Source: Podarcis pityusensis (Eukaryota). Taken from it: DNA of 64,000 nt. This document shows, piece by piece, positions 13,745 to 25,661 of the stretch. Position numbers and translations under genes: made by a program. The stretch's first letter is position 1, and each line of letters opens with the position of its first letter. The notes beneath the pieces were generated by a model. It was not told where the DNA came from. It ran no database searches and saw only the letters and a program-made list of their open reading frames with translations. Location of the stretch: NCBI GenBank assembly GCA_964106645.2, contig OZ067038.1; one strand, 5' to 3'.

Positions 13745-15527
13745 GTAAGGTTTCCTTTCTATATCAGACATGTTTTAATAGTGTTGGAGGTATTCAGTGC
13801 CTCATGAGTCTGTGTATATTGTTGCTTTACCAAAAGAGAATTAAGGACTTATTTCATTTGAAGCTTCTGGATTTTAAGGCTGCCGTCCTAAAGAGTATAC
13901 CCCATACCATACAGTGGGACCTGCTTCTAAGAAAACATAGATCGATTTCCAGATTCTGATGTTTCCTGACTGCTCCTAGAGATCAGAGCAGAGACACGAC
14001 CAGGCTAGAATAATGAATTGTTGATGCCCCTATATGTTTTGGTGATTGTCATGTGCTTTTTTAAATTGATACAGTATTTTATATGTTTGCTTATTTTGTA
14101 TGTTGCCCATGTTGCGCTACAGTAGGTGGCTTTCAGTAATATTTGATATGCAGATTCTTCCTTTCCCTGAATGATCTTACATTGGTCTGGATGAATGAAA
14201 GAATTGCCTTAAACTGTGTGGTCAACTGTATTGACTGTTGACCAAACATATGGGGGGGGTGTAAGACTAGACCATTCTTCCTTCCTCTGCCCCCCAAACC
14301 CATGTGTTATCTACACATATACAAGTGAACAAAGGTGCATATTCAAGATTAGAAACTTTTCTTTTCTTTTCATGGAGACTTCACTCATACATACCAAGAG
14401 TGAAATATACACAGACATCCTTTTCTCACGTTGTCACAAATGGAGGTTACATGCAAGGCCAACTATTTTAAAATAAAAACACACTTCACCTATTGCAGTC
14501 TGTCTCAAGGCAGTGTCCCAGCATTGAGAGTTGAAAGACACAGCAACCTTTGTCTGTGCTGAGGATCGGTGGCTTTTCAGCTTCCATAGAAATGTAACAA
14601 TTAGGTGCTGAACTTGAAAAAAGAGTAAGACCACACACATCTAACAAATAGTTCTTTTTCTTTCTTTGTCACTGAAACTGTATAATCTACTATTAATTAA
14701 GGAATAGATTTTTAATTTAGTTCAAATAAAAGTGTAAAGATGATTACACTTTCAGCGGAAATGTAAACGTGTCTACTTAATGAAATGCACTATTATTTTC
14801 CAAGGTTGCATGTTGTTACTAGCCATCCAGTCTTTTGGCAGCGTTTCACAAGAAATTTATATTTAATGTCTGTAGGTGGCATTCTAGGAGCATCCAGTGT
14901 TCCTAGCCAACAGATCCAAAAACAGTAAAGAATTTTGCATCAGTATGTAATTTGGAAGTTTTCTGTCCCCAAGATGAGCTGTAAGAATTTGCATTCTCTT
15001 TTGCTTTCCAAAGTGGATACAACCTGATTACATCTAAAACTTCTTTGAAGAATGCAATAATTTAGGAGTTTTCACAAGTCAAAGGCAATTTGTCCATGCT
15101 TTCTAACCGTTGCTGTTTCGTAAACATTTCTGTGCAGCTATTATTTCACTTCCTTCTTTTCTTTTCTTTTAATTGAAACGTGAAAATATTTTAATAGCAG
15201 TTTTTAATATAACAGTGCAGTTGCCGTGAAGTGTTACTCTTTGTTCTCTTGCCATGAAGTGCATAGCTGTGGCTACGTTAAAGAGTCTTGCCTCTAGTTG
15301 TGCATCAAGAGTTTTCATGTGTGTTTTAAATTGGTGGTGCCTAGTTGCCCCACACCCCAGAAGAATTGAGACACGGCAAGATGAGGAAATGTAACAATAA
15401 GAAGAGGAATCCCAGATGCCAATCAGGGGCTCCCCACAAAATTCCTATGCAATTCCTCAAGAAAAGCAGCTAGCACAAGCCAAGGCTGTGAAAAAGAGGG
15501 CAGGAGGCCACGCACCATGAAGATAAA

Positions 15528-15727
15528 GGAGAGCTAGTGTGGTGTAATGGTTAGAGCATTGAACTATGACCCGGGAGACCAGGGTTCGAATCCTCACTCA
15601 GCCGTGAAGCTCACTGGACCAGCCACTGCCTCTCAGCTTAACATACCTCACAGGGATTTTTGTGAAGATGAAAAGGGAAGAAGCGGAACCATGTACAGCA
15701 CCTTGAGCTCCTTAAGTGGTATATAAA
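15528..15727 (+). mobile_element. tRNA-derived SINE (Squam3-like)
   Basis: A-box TGGTGTAATGG, B-box GGTTCGAATCC, CORE-like CTCACAGGG body and CCTTGAGCTCCTT 3' part shared with the copy at 61134. Confidence 0.8.
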
Positions 15728-16185
15728 GGTTGATTAATTAATTAAGGATGAGCAGGGGGAAGAATGACATTGATGAATCCAGTCAGTCTTCCCCTTCCTA
15801 ACTGAGCATTCCAGCCCAGGTGAGCTAGCAACCTTTAACCCCAGGAGAAAACAAATCACGTCTCTTCCTAGGTGAGGGGTGGGTGGGCCAAACCCATGCC
15901 TGCTAGAAACAGAAGCACCACTGCTCCCACACCCCAAAAAAGGAAACAAGCCACAGCATGTCAAGGCAAGGTCATGTTTATTAAAATACAACAGTTTGAA
16001 GACCTGCAGAATAAAAACCAATCCAACGGAGTAAAGGTTGCTGAAGTAAGCTAAGTTTCTGGAGGGAAGCCTCTCGCCTCACCTCAGGGCATGTGCACCT
16101 TCACTCAGTTTGCCGAATTTGTATGATTACACTGTGAGGTTTAGCATAAGTGGGACTGTGGGTTGCATCTAGCATTTTCATTATA

Positions 16186-16411
16186 CAGTGGTACCTTGGG
16201 TTAAGTACTTAATTTGTTCTGGAGGTCAGTTCTTAACCTGAAACTGTTCTTAACCTGAAGCACCACTTTAACTAATGGGGCCTCCTGCTGCCGCTGTGCC
16301 ACTGCTGCACGATTTCTGTTCTCATCCTGAAGCAAAGTTCTTAACCCAAGGTACTATTTCTGGGTTAGTGGAGTCTGTAACCTGAAGCATATGTAACACG
16401 AGGTACCACTG
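16186..16411 (-). mobile_element. Tigger/pogo-like MITE, copy 3 (inverted)
   Basis: TA-CAGTGGTACC...GGTACCACTG-TA; internal sequence is the reverse complement of copies 1 and 2. Confidence 0.9.
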
Positions 16412-17811
16412 TATTTTCAAGAATTGCACTCAACTGAACGAGTCCTTCTGTGAGTGCAGCTTCTCTTCCTTGAATGGAAATGGCTGCTGTTCATTGGGCA
16501 AAAGAGGGTCACCCTGAATATTTCCCCTCACCAGTGCACTCAGAACAATTATACACCATGATGTCATGTTTTCAAGTGATACATTACAGGGATGCTCCTC
16601 ACAGGCTGTTTGGAGGAGTGTAGCTGCTGTGGCAGAATTATTTCAAAAAAATGTTTTATTTAAAAAAGGAAAATAGAAGCCTCTGTCATTCCACCCCTCT
16701 GAAAATGTGGCAGTTGCTCTTCTTCCACATCTGAAAATGGCAGAAAATGCTCCCCCACCCATGAAACATGAGCCCAGGTCACCTTTAGTTTGTAAGATCA
16801 TGCCTCATGTCTGAAGAAAAATGTTGCCTATTTTGCATTTTGAGATGTTTTATTTATGTAAACAGGGCAGGACATAAAAGGACCCACTCAGCAGGATAAG
16901 GAATAAATAGAGTGCCCAAAAACACAGATTCCCCCAGCGCCTGCAATTTTGGGTTCCCATATGTGTAGCAGGTTCACAGCTTTTTCAGCTATTTTGGCAT
17001 TTGTGGATGTCAGTCTCCATGTGTGGGATTTGAATTGCAAATCATTTCGGATGGATGGTGAAGCCAGTGCAAGTGAAACAAAAGAGTGCAGATAAAGAAT
17101 ACATCCCAGAAAAGAGTCCCTTCCCTTGGTCATCATATGAAGAAAAAATAATAATATTGTACTTGAAGGGTCCTAGCTTGTAGCATACATTTGGAGGAAA
17201 AGGGGAGAGAATTAATTGTGAGGAATAAATAAACCAGGCTTTTAGGAAATTCTAGGTAATCACAAATTTAAATTTAGTCATCAGATGTGAAGCATTGCCA
17301 CTTCTGAAAATTTCTCACCTCAGTTGATGATAAAGTTAGAGTGAGGCTGTGGGTATGCAGGAAGCACACATTTCAGTCTTGCGAAAAGCTGCTTCTTCAT
17401 ACTCCACAGATCACATTGCCAGTAAGGAGATAGGAAAGCAGAACAAAGGAAGAAGCTCACAACACAGATTTGAAGTGGGTTCCTGTCTTGCAGTAAAAGA
17501 TATTGTGAGGAAGCTCAGGATGAATCAGTTGATTTCTCACCTTTATAAATCTTATTTTTATGTCTTTTATTTAGTGACTTTTTTGCTTAAATGCATTAGA
17601 AATGAATTTACAGAAAATGTGATTCAGCTTAATTATTGTTTGTATTTAGAACTGATTTTAAAAAAAAAAATTATTGTAAAGGAGACAAAAATAGCTAAGT
17701 AAAAAGTCCTTAGTGAGGTCTTTAAATAATTAGTGAAGTTTTCAAGGGTTAGATTTTTGATGCTGGGGGAAGAAAAACTTTACAAGTTTATGATTTCCTT
17801 TTTCTCTTCAG

Positions 17812-18103
17812 ACTGATGCTGAAAAGCATTCCCAAGTGGAGCGGAATTCCTTGTGGTCTGGCGACGAAATCAAGAAATCCGATGGTGGCTCAGACAGTGG
17901 TGTGAAGATGGAGCCTGGGTCTAAATGGAGAAGGAATCCCTCTGATGTGTCTGATGAATCTGATAAAAGCAATTCTGGGAGGAAGAACACAGTCATTTCG
18001 CAGACGGGTTCCTGGAGACGGGGCATGTCAGCTCAGGTTGGCATTACCACACCAAGGACAAAAACGGCAGCCACCTCAGGAACTTTGAAGACACCTGGAA
18101 CAG
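17812..18103 (+). CDS. NAV2: NAV2 exon TDAEKHSQVERNSLWSG...LKTPGT(G)
   Basis: ttcag acceptor; CAG|GTGAGG donor; 292 nt, phase 0-1; overlaps ORF 17836..18159. Confidence 0.97.
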
Positions 18104-18659
18104 GTGAGGAATGCACAGCCAACAGACAAACAATGCAGGCCAAGAATTTGTGCAGTTAGAAGAAAATTTCCTCTGTCAGGATTTCAACTGCATTTTGATC
18201 TATGCTTGTCTTTGATGGAAAACTGTGCAATAAATCTCTGCCCTTGTGTACCAGTGCCAAACTAAAGAGGTCCTGCCAACAATGATGTCGACTCAATAGT
18301 GTCTTGTAACTGGGGTGAAATTTGCCTCTTGAATGGATGATGTATGTGCTAAGCAGTAGAACTCATGTGTTTTCTTGAAAGCGTAAATAAATCTGAAGGC
18401 ACCTTTGAATGCTTAGTTAAGACCAGCTTGTTATTTTTTAAAATCACAATCTACTTAATTAGAAAACATGTCTAAGTTGCATATGCAACCTATCTCCTTG
18501 CAATCATCATATCTAGCTGTGATAACTAATTGCCCCTGCACGTTTCTTAACACTGCATCCCATTGCAAATGAAAAATAGCAGGAGAAACTGAGTGTGTAG
18601 GCACCTTTAGCCTGGTGTATAGGTACTCTTAATTTAAAAGTAACTTTGAGGTTCTAAAT

Positions 18660-19007
18660 CAGGGGTCGGCAAACTTTTCTGCCGGCGGGCCGGATCGCCC
18701 GCGCATGGGAGTGTGTGCACCTGTGCACATGCATGCCCGCCCGCTGCTCTTTCCCCCCGGGCTTTCGGAGCCATGGCAAGGGAGGAGATGGTGTCTGCGG
18801 CTTCTTATTGGCTGCAGAAGCTTCCTGCAGCCAATAGGAAGCCATGGCTGCATCCTGGAAGTCAGTCCCCGTGCAGAGCTAAACCGGTGCACCGCGCTGG
18901 TTTAGCTCCACGTGGGGACTGACCGAGCGGGCAGCAAGGGCCAGGGGCCAGTTTAACGACCCCCACGGGCTGTGTCTGGCCCATGGGCCATAGTTTGCCA
19001 ACCCCTG
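18660..19007. mobile_element. hAT (Charlie/MER58-like) MITE
   Basis: TIR CAGGGGTCGGCAAAC / GTTTGCCAACCCCTG; 8-bp TSD TTCTAAAT/TTCTAAAC; GC-rich internal palindromes. Confidence 0.88.
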
Positions 19008-19296
19008 TTCTAAACTAAGTGCAAAACTACCACTGTGAAACAGTAGCAGCACAGGCCCTCTGTGGCCCACATCACCCAGAATGCCTTGCACTTAGGATGC
19101 ACCCCCTCTTCAGAGCAAGGGAGAGTGAGAGTACCAGGGCTGCTGGCATGTTAGTATGGACAAAACAGCTTTAAACTAGGAGATGGGGGTGAGGAGAGGA
19201 GGGGCGTGGCTGGTGGTGACCACTGCGGTTGATGCACTGCCTTGCCTCATTCTTGCACAACCACCTCCAGTTGCTCCATTTTTTCACACCCTGGGG

Positions 19297-19401
19297 CAGG
19301 GCTTTTTTTCACCTGGAACTCAGTGATACTCAGTTCTGGCACCTCTCAGGTGGAGGTATTCATGGTTAGTATTCACCTCATTTTCTAGAAAAATAGCACT
19401 G
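19297..19401. mobile_element. Short hAT-type MITE
   Basis: Termini CAGGGCTTTTTTT / AAAAATAGCACTG; 8-bp TSD CCCTGGGG/CCCTTGGG. Confidence 0.65.
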
Positions 19402-19412
19402 CCCTTGGGTAA

Positions 19413-19530
19413 GTGTGGGGAACCTTTGGACTACTGTTCCTATCATCCCTGACCATTGGCTGTACTTGCTGGGGACAATGGGAGTTGTAGTTCAGCAACA
19501 CTTGAGAGCCAAAGTTTTGCCACATCTGCC
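19413..19530. mobile_element. Degenerate palindromic hAT MITE (URR1-like family)
   Basis: GGACTAC...ATCATCCCTGACCATTGG...GGGAGTTGTAGT core shared with 35235, 35760 and 57126. Confidence 0.6.
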
Positions 19531-19781
19531 CTAAGGATACCATGCTCACTTGGTTTGAATCATTGGGCCCACATGCTCAAATTTCAGTTTTAAACACAGC
19601 AGATATATTATCCTGTCATTCCTGTGCATAGTGCTATTGATTTCTAGAAATTAAGCAAAGTTAGAATGCTTCCACATACTCTTGTGTTTCATGTGTTTTA
19701 AGCTTTTCATCACTTCTTTATACTAATGTGCACAGTGTTTGGTACCATGCAATATTTGAACTTACTTTCCTTTTTTCCTAG

Positions 19782-20484
19782 GAAAAACTGATGATGCCAA
19801 GGTATCGGAAAAGGGTAGAATTTCTCCCAAATCTGGACACATTAAACGTTCCCCATCAGATGCAGGACGAAGCAGTGGTGATGAATCAAAGAAACCTTCT
19901 GCAAATAACTCTAGAACAGCTGCTGCTAACACAAATGCATTTGGATTTAAAAAACAGAGTGGGTCAGCTGTAGGCATGACCATAATAACAGCTAGTGGGG
20001 CAACAATCACTAGTAGATCAGCTACCCTGGGCAAAATCCCCAAGTCATCTGGACTTATGGGAAGGTCTACTGGTCGGAAGACTAGTGTTGATGGCTCGCA
20101 GAATCAGGACGATGGTTACTTAGCCATTAGTACTCGAAGCAATCTTCAGTACCGGAGTTTACCCAGGCCCAGCAAATCCAGCAGCAGAAGCGGAGCTGGC
20201 AATAGATCTAGCACCAGCAGCATAGATTCCAACATAAGTAGCAAGTCAGCAGGCTTGCCTGTTCCTAAGATGAGAGAGCCAGCCAAAGTTGCCCTTGGGA
20301 GCTCTCTGCCAGGTTTAGTCAACCAAACAGATAAAGAGAAAGGGATCTCATCGGACAACGAAAGTGTAATCTCTTGTAATTCTGTTAAAATGAACCCAGC
20401 ATCTCAGCCGGCTTCAAGTGCATCCCAGAGTGCTCACCAGCAAGGAGTCAAGTACCCAGATGTAGCCTCCCCTACCTTGCGCAG
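19782..20484 (+). CDS. NAV2: NAV2 exon (G)KTDDAKVSEKG...KYPDVASPTLR(R)
   Basis: cctag acceptor; CAG|GTATGT donor; 703 nt, phase 1-2; contains LQYRSLPRP and VNQTDKEK navigator motifs. Confidence 0.97.
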
Positions 20485-21417
20485 GTATGTAGAGCTTGTT
20501 CAATTGTGCAGTGCCTGAAAGGAGTTCAGAAGCTTTGGGGGGTTATGTTCTGACTTTGACATTCTTGAAACAGAAATAATGATGATGATGATGATAATGT
20601 ATAGACAGCTTTATGGCATAAAGCCATAAAAGCAGTGTATAAAGTAAAAACAGACACTGAATGAAATATTCTCTGGGAACGATTTTAGCCACAATAAATC
20701 CTCCATTACACTGCCATTCTGGATGAAATCCAAAAGATCACCTTTTCTGAAAATGAAATTTTCCTTACCTTTTGTAAGAAGAATACACGTTTTGAATGCC
20801 AGATTTTCTAAAACACCTTCGTTGCAGACCTGTTCATAGCTAGAAACAGTCATTCTGGTGATCCTAGCCAAGATTGCATATACTTTATAGGTGTGCTTGG
20901 TGCCCATTTCCTCCCCCTTCCCCCCCCCCCAATATTAAGTGGGACAGTGGCTTGCCCAACATGAATCTAGGAGAAAGTACATGATACACATCCTGAAAAA
21001 TATGTTAATATGAATACTTAACGTATTTACACAATGGCAGAATAATTAGAGGTGTCCATGGGCAGAGGGAAATCCTAGAATGACCTTATTTGATCTAGCA
21101 TTTAGAGACAGAGGTGAACATAGAGGAAAGGGGGAAACTATCACATTTCATTCAGATCCAAGTCAGCATTAGTGTGCCTCACTCATTGGTGCACTGACAC
21201 CAATTTGCCTATTCTGAGTGCAGGTTATACTGTGTGCATGTCCATCTACACACAGTATAGATCAGAACGAAATAATCTCTAATGTATCCCATTAATCTGA
21301 CAAATAAGGATTTCTCCCAAATGTGTTTGAGCCAAGTAAAATATGGGGGAAAAAAGTTTAAACTCAAAGGTTCTTAGTATGTTTCCTGACTTTCTTTCCT
21401 TTTCTTCCCTTCTTCAG

Positions 21418-21882
21418 ACTTTTTGGTGGAAAGCCAAGTAAACAAGCTCCCATCACAACTGCAGAAAGCATGAAAAATTCAGTGGTCATCTCCAACCCAC
21501 ATGCAACCATGAACCAACAGGGGAACCTGGATTCTCCTGGCAGTGGCATACTGAGCAGTGGTGGTAGTAGTCCCCTTTATAGCAAGAATGCAGACATGAA
21601 CCAGTCTCCATTAGCTTCTAGTCCCAGTTCAGCTCATTCGGCTCCTTCCAACAGCTTAACCTGGGGCACTAATGCCAGTAGTTCTTCTGCTGTTAGCAAG
21701 GATGGGATTGGATACCAGTCTGTTAGCAGCCTGCACACCAGTTGTGAATCCATAGATATTTCACTCAGCAGTGGAGGCGGCCTGAGCCACAACTCGTCCA
21801 GTGGCTTGATTGCAGCTTCTAAAGATGACTCGCTGACTCCCTTTGTTAGAACCAACAGTGTAAAGACAACATTGTCAGAGAG
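21418..21882 (+). CDS. NAV2: NAV2 exon LFGGKPSKQ...RTNSVKTTLSE(S)
   Basis: Long pyrimidine tract plus CAG; GAG|GTGAGA donor; 465 nt, phase 2-2. Confidence 0.97.
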
Positions 21883-22671
21883 GTGAGATTCCCCCCCCCC
21901 CCCGAAGACCTTTGTGATACATACTGTGGTTTATGTAATCGGTAGCTTAATCATGACATGTTTCACTGTGAATTATTCCCACGGAGTTCAAGTGTCATTC
22001 AGGATAACTTATTTTTGTTCAGTTTGACATTCCTATGAGGTAAATAAGGATTGATGGAGATGTTGTGCAAGCATGAATTAATGGAGTTCAAAAGATGGCT
22101 GTGATCACTGTGCCTGTCATCCTTTAAAAAATCTCTGTTAACTGTCGGCTCCCAAACATGTATGATGAAAAGTGCCTAGATTTTCAGACGGGTGAATAAC
22201 AAACCACCTCATATATGAACTGGATCGTCACAGGTCTGATTTCACCAGTGAGAACTATAGCCATGAATAAGAGGCTTGGCATACACCTTGACATAATGTG
22301 GCAACTATGAAGAACATGCTTTATTTCCTGTTAAACCATACTTGAAAAGAGCAGCATGCCTTGTCGTGTCCATCCATTCGATGGGCATCCTGTTCTGCCA
22401 TTTAGATCTCAGCTAGGATCACATCAGTACATTACTTTTCAGTACTGTATTGGGCCAATAAATTAGTGTAGGTTATAATTTCATAGATCAATGCATAAGA
22501 ACTCCACATAAAGCATAGTGCCTGAGACATAGGGAGAGATGTGAGTTGGGAAGGATTTAGTTCAAATCTCACCTCAGCCACAAATTTGCTAGATAATCTT
22601 AGGCAAGCCATTATCAGTCAGCTTCATTCTTCCCTTTTTAACATGTGGACAGTAATACTGGCCTATTGGTA

Positions 22672-22730
22672 CTAACTTAGAACTAACTTAGTTGGTCTTA
22701 AAGGTGCTACTGGAAGGATTTTTTTTATTT
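22672..22730. mobile_element. 59-bp retroelement fragment (Penelope-like) inside an older SINE
   Basis: 13-bp TSD TGGCCTATTGGTA at 22659-22671 and 22731-22743; TTGGTCTTAAAGGTGCTACTGG core. Family assignment is from memory. Confidence 0.55.
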
Positions 22731-24123
22731 TGGCCTATTGGTAATTACTGAGATAATGAATGTTAAGTACTTTGAAATACTAGGGGCCAAACTACATATG
22801 ACATTTCAAGTGCCGTTAAAATAAATGCAGATTGCATTATCTGGTTTAAGTAACAAATAATTAACTGGAACAGGACAGACCAGAATATGGAATTTAAGCC
22901 TCTGCTGCAGTCCTGAGAAAAATCCTTCCTGTGTTGCTGGTATTTGATGTGGAGGAAACTATTCCACTAATGCCCATGGAGGTTTTCCCCAAAGCAAATA
23001 CCAACTTGAGAAGAGAGATTTTCTTTAGGATTGCAGAAGATGAAAAACTTAAATCCCCTCTTCATATCTACTCTGTTCCCATTAATTATCAATATGGTGT
23101 AATTTGTATTTTTAGAAACCTGCACATTAGCTGCAAAAATGCATTTAATGATGTTCTTAACCTCACGTGTAGTTTGGCCCTAAGGTTTAGTATCTGTTGT
23201 TCCTTTCTGGACATATCCATCACAGTTATGATGACTTAGGTAATCCAGTTTAATTTTGTCACCCTATATTTATTTTGATTGCAAAAGTGAGCTATTTTCA
23301 TTGATCTTACTTACTACCACAATTCTGATCTGATGAGTAAGGGCAAGTTAGAAGGTAGGCACCAGGAGCTAAACAAAGACAAAATGGATATGTCACTTTT
23401 TCTTGTATAATTGATGATAGTATGAGCTTTTTGTGCTATACTCCTGCTGCTGTAGCTATATTACTACATTTACCTTTTCTTGCAAAAGAGATGTGCTGAG
23501 CCTTCTACAAAACGTAGGAATGATACAGTTCCTACCCACCTTGGGCTATGGCAGCTGGGGAGGTTTGTCGTCCTAAATAAAAGCATTTTCACCAGAATGC
23601 TCTCACTTGTTCTCTGCCCTCCATATCCACCCCAGAAATAGGCAGACCAATGTATTTAGATCTTTCCCAGATCCATTTCAATGGTTGGTTCACCACTCAA
23701 AGCAAAAGTTGGGTTCTAGTATCTGCAGTTCCTTAGATTGTTTTGGCTTGGGAATGGCACCTATCAACTTCATTTTATGGTCATGGATCTGCAATGGCAT
23801 GCCAACTTACCCATTTGTTCAAGACCCTTGTCAGTTTGCATTCCTATGGAAAATGGTTCTCATGCAACCACTGTATGGATAAGAAACCACAAAACAAAGA
23901 AGTTGGAACTGACGTTAAATGTTTCTCCAGTGAAAACCACAGGAGTTGAAAATTTTTTTGAAGCTGTCTAACCCCGTTGTAGACCTTTTTTTCCACTTAG
24001 AACATTCTAATTTGCTGTGGCATCGTAACATACAAAAACTCTTTCCCTTTCTTCCTTTTGTGCTAATATTCCTCTCTCTTTTTGTTGTTTTTGTTTTTGT
24101 CTTGTTGGACTTTATTCTTCTAG

Positions 24124-24189
24124 CCCTCTCTCTTCCCCTGCTGCTAGTCCCAAATTCTGCAGAAATACTTTACCCAGGAGGCAGGACAG
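24124..24189 (+). CDS. NAV2: NAV2 66-nt symmetric (cassette-type) exon PLSSPAASPKFCRNTLPRRQD(S)
   Basis: ttctag acceptor; CAG|GTAATG donor; phase 2-2; matches the recalled NAV2 peptide SPLSSPAASPKFCRSTLPRKQDS. Confidence 0.92.
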
Positions 24190-24653
24190 GTAATGCTGTC
24201 TCAGGGCAGTAGAATGCACAAACAGTCGAGAAGGTTCATTTTCACACTTGAGAAGCCAAAAGTGTATTGTGCAAGACTGTGCTCAGTGAAGAGTGTGTGT
24301 GTTTCACTGGGATGTGTAAACCCTCACTCAAAAGACATGCCAGTGAGAGACCGTTTTACAGCGCTGTGTCCCAGTTTACTCTGGGGAGAGGCATGTGGAA
24401 AAGCTGGAGAGTGTAGCAGTTTTTCCAAGAACAAAATGAACAATCTCTTTAAAGTTTCATATTTTATCTGCCAGCGTAAACTCTCACTAGCATTTCGGCA
24501 TTCTGGTGGCATGCTGCTTTCCCTCACGTTTCAGGCCGTATCACCTTTTTGTCTTGATCCCTCTATCCCCCACCCTTCCAGCGTGGCTGAAATATATTTC
24601 CTGTTACAAGTTGCTCACCCATTTTAGCTTGTGGGGTGGGAGAGGGAGGATCA

Positions 24654-24656
<3 letters not shown>

Positions 24657-24688
<32 letters not shown>
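24657..24688. repeat. (GT)16 microsatellite
   Basis: Direct reading. Confidence 0.95.
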
Positions 24689-24690
<2 letters not shown>

Positions 24691-25405
24691 TTGTAAAAAT
24701 GAATGCAAGGAAGCAAGATATGTCAGAAGTGCTGTTGCTGTCATTTGTGCTTTGTTCATCTGACACCAGTAACTGATGGAGAATTAATTCTAACGCTTCT
24801 ATGTCTCCTGCACGGGTACCATTTCAGTTTTCAGTAGGTGGGGAAACCTTTTCAGCTAGATCGAAAGTCTTGCCATTGGAGAATACAAGATTATTATTAT
24901 TAGTTTGTTTAAAGCAGTATATTTTAAGAGCATTTGTTGCAACTGCTTTTTAAATGTCTCATACAGTGGCATTATCAACACACACCTGTCAGACCTTATT
25001 TAAAGCAAATGTATTTGTTGCTATTGGTGGCCCTTGTGAGAATTTATAACAGTAGCCATTCCTAGTGTGTATAGGATGCCAGGAACAATCACATGTGATC
25101 TGGACCACAGTAGTACCCTGGTCTCCTGAAAGTGGAAACCCGGATCCCTGTTGGTTGGTCATTTGCCTAGTCGCCATTTTCAGTGGTGTGCATTTGTTAG
25201 AGATAGCATTAAAACAAGATTGTGGCCATCTGTGTCCTAAATGCATTCATCTGAGGCATGCACACTTCATATTAAAAGCTATCTTCTTCCAGCCACATTT
25301 GTGGAAGAGAAACAGGAAGGTCACTGTGTGATCCCTATCTTCAAATGACCATGAAAAGTCACATAAAATGATGTTCAGTGGTTTGAGGGTCCAAAGTCTT
25401 CATTT

Positions 25406-25472
25406 TGCATGGTCCCTTGTGCATGTTCTGTATATAACACAACCCACACGTGGTAAGAAGGTTTTTTGCATG
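25406..25472 (+). promoter_or_regulatory. Cluster of three RBFOX motifs (TGCATG) between two symmetric exons
   Basis: TGCATG at 25406, 25420 and 25467. Confidence 0.55.
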
Positions 25473-25616
25473 TCGGCTTGGCAGGGGCTCTCGTTATCTT
25501 TTCCAGTACCATGGTGCAGCTGTTTAATAGTAAATTCTCCTCTCTTTCAAGCTGATCTTTAATCCTCCTCTTTCGTTCTTTTCTTCTGAAGTTCTTTTCT
25601 TTTAACTTTTCTACAG

Positions 25617-25661
25617 CGACCCTCATCTTGATAGGAACACTTTGCCTAAGAAAGGACTCAG
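25617..25661 (+). CDS. NAV2: NAV2 45-nt symmetric exon DPHLDRNTLPKKGL(R)
   Basis: Long pyrimidine tract plus CAG; CAG|GTATTG donor; phase 2-2; DRNTLPKKGLR is a navigator motif. Confidence 0.93.
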
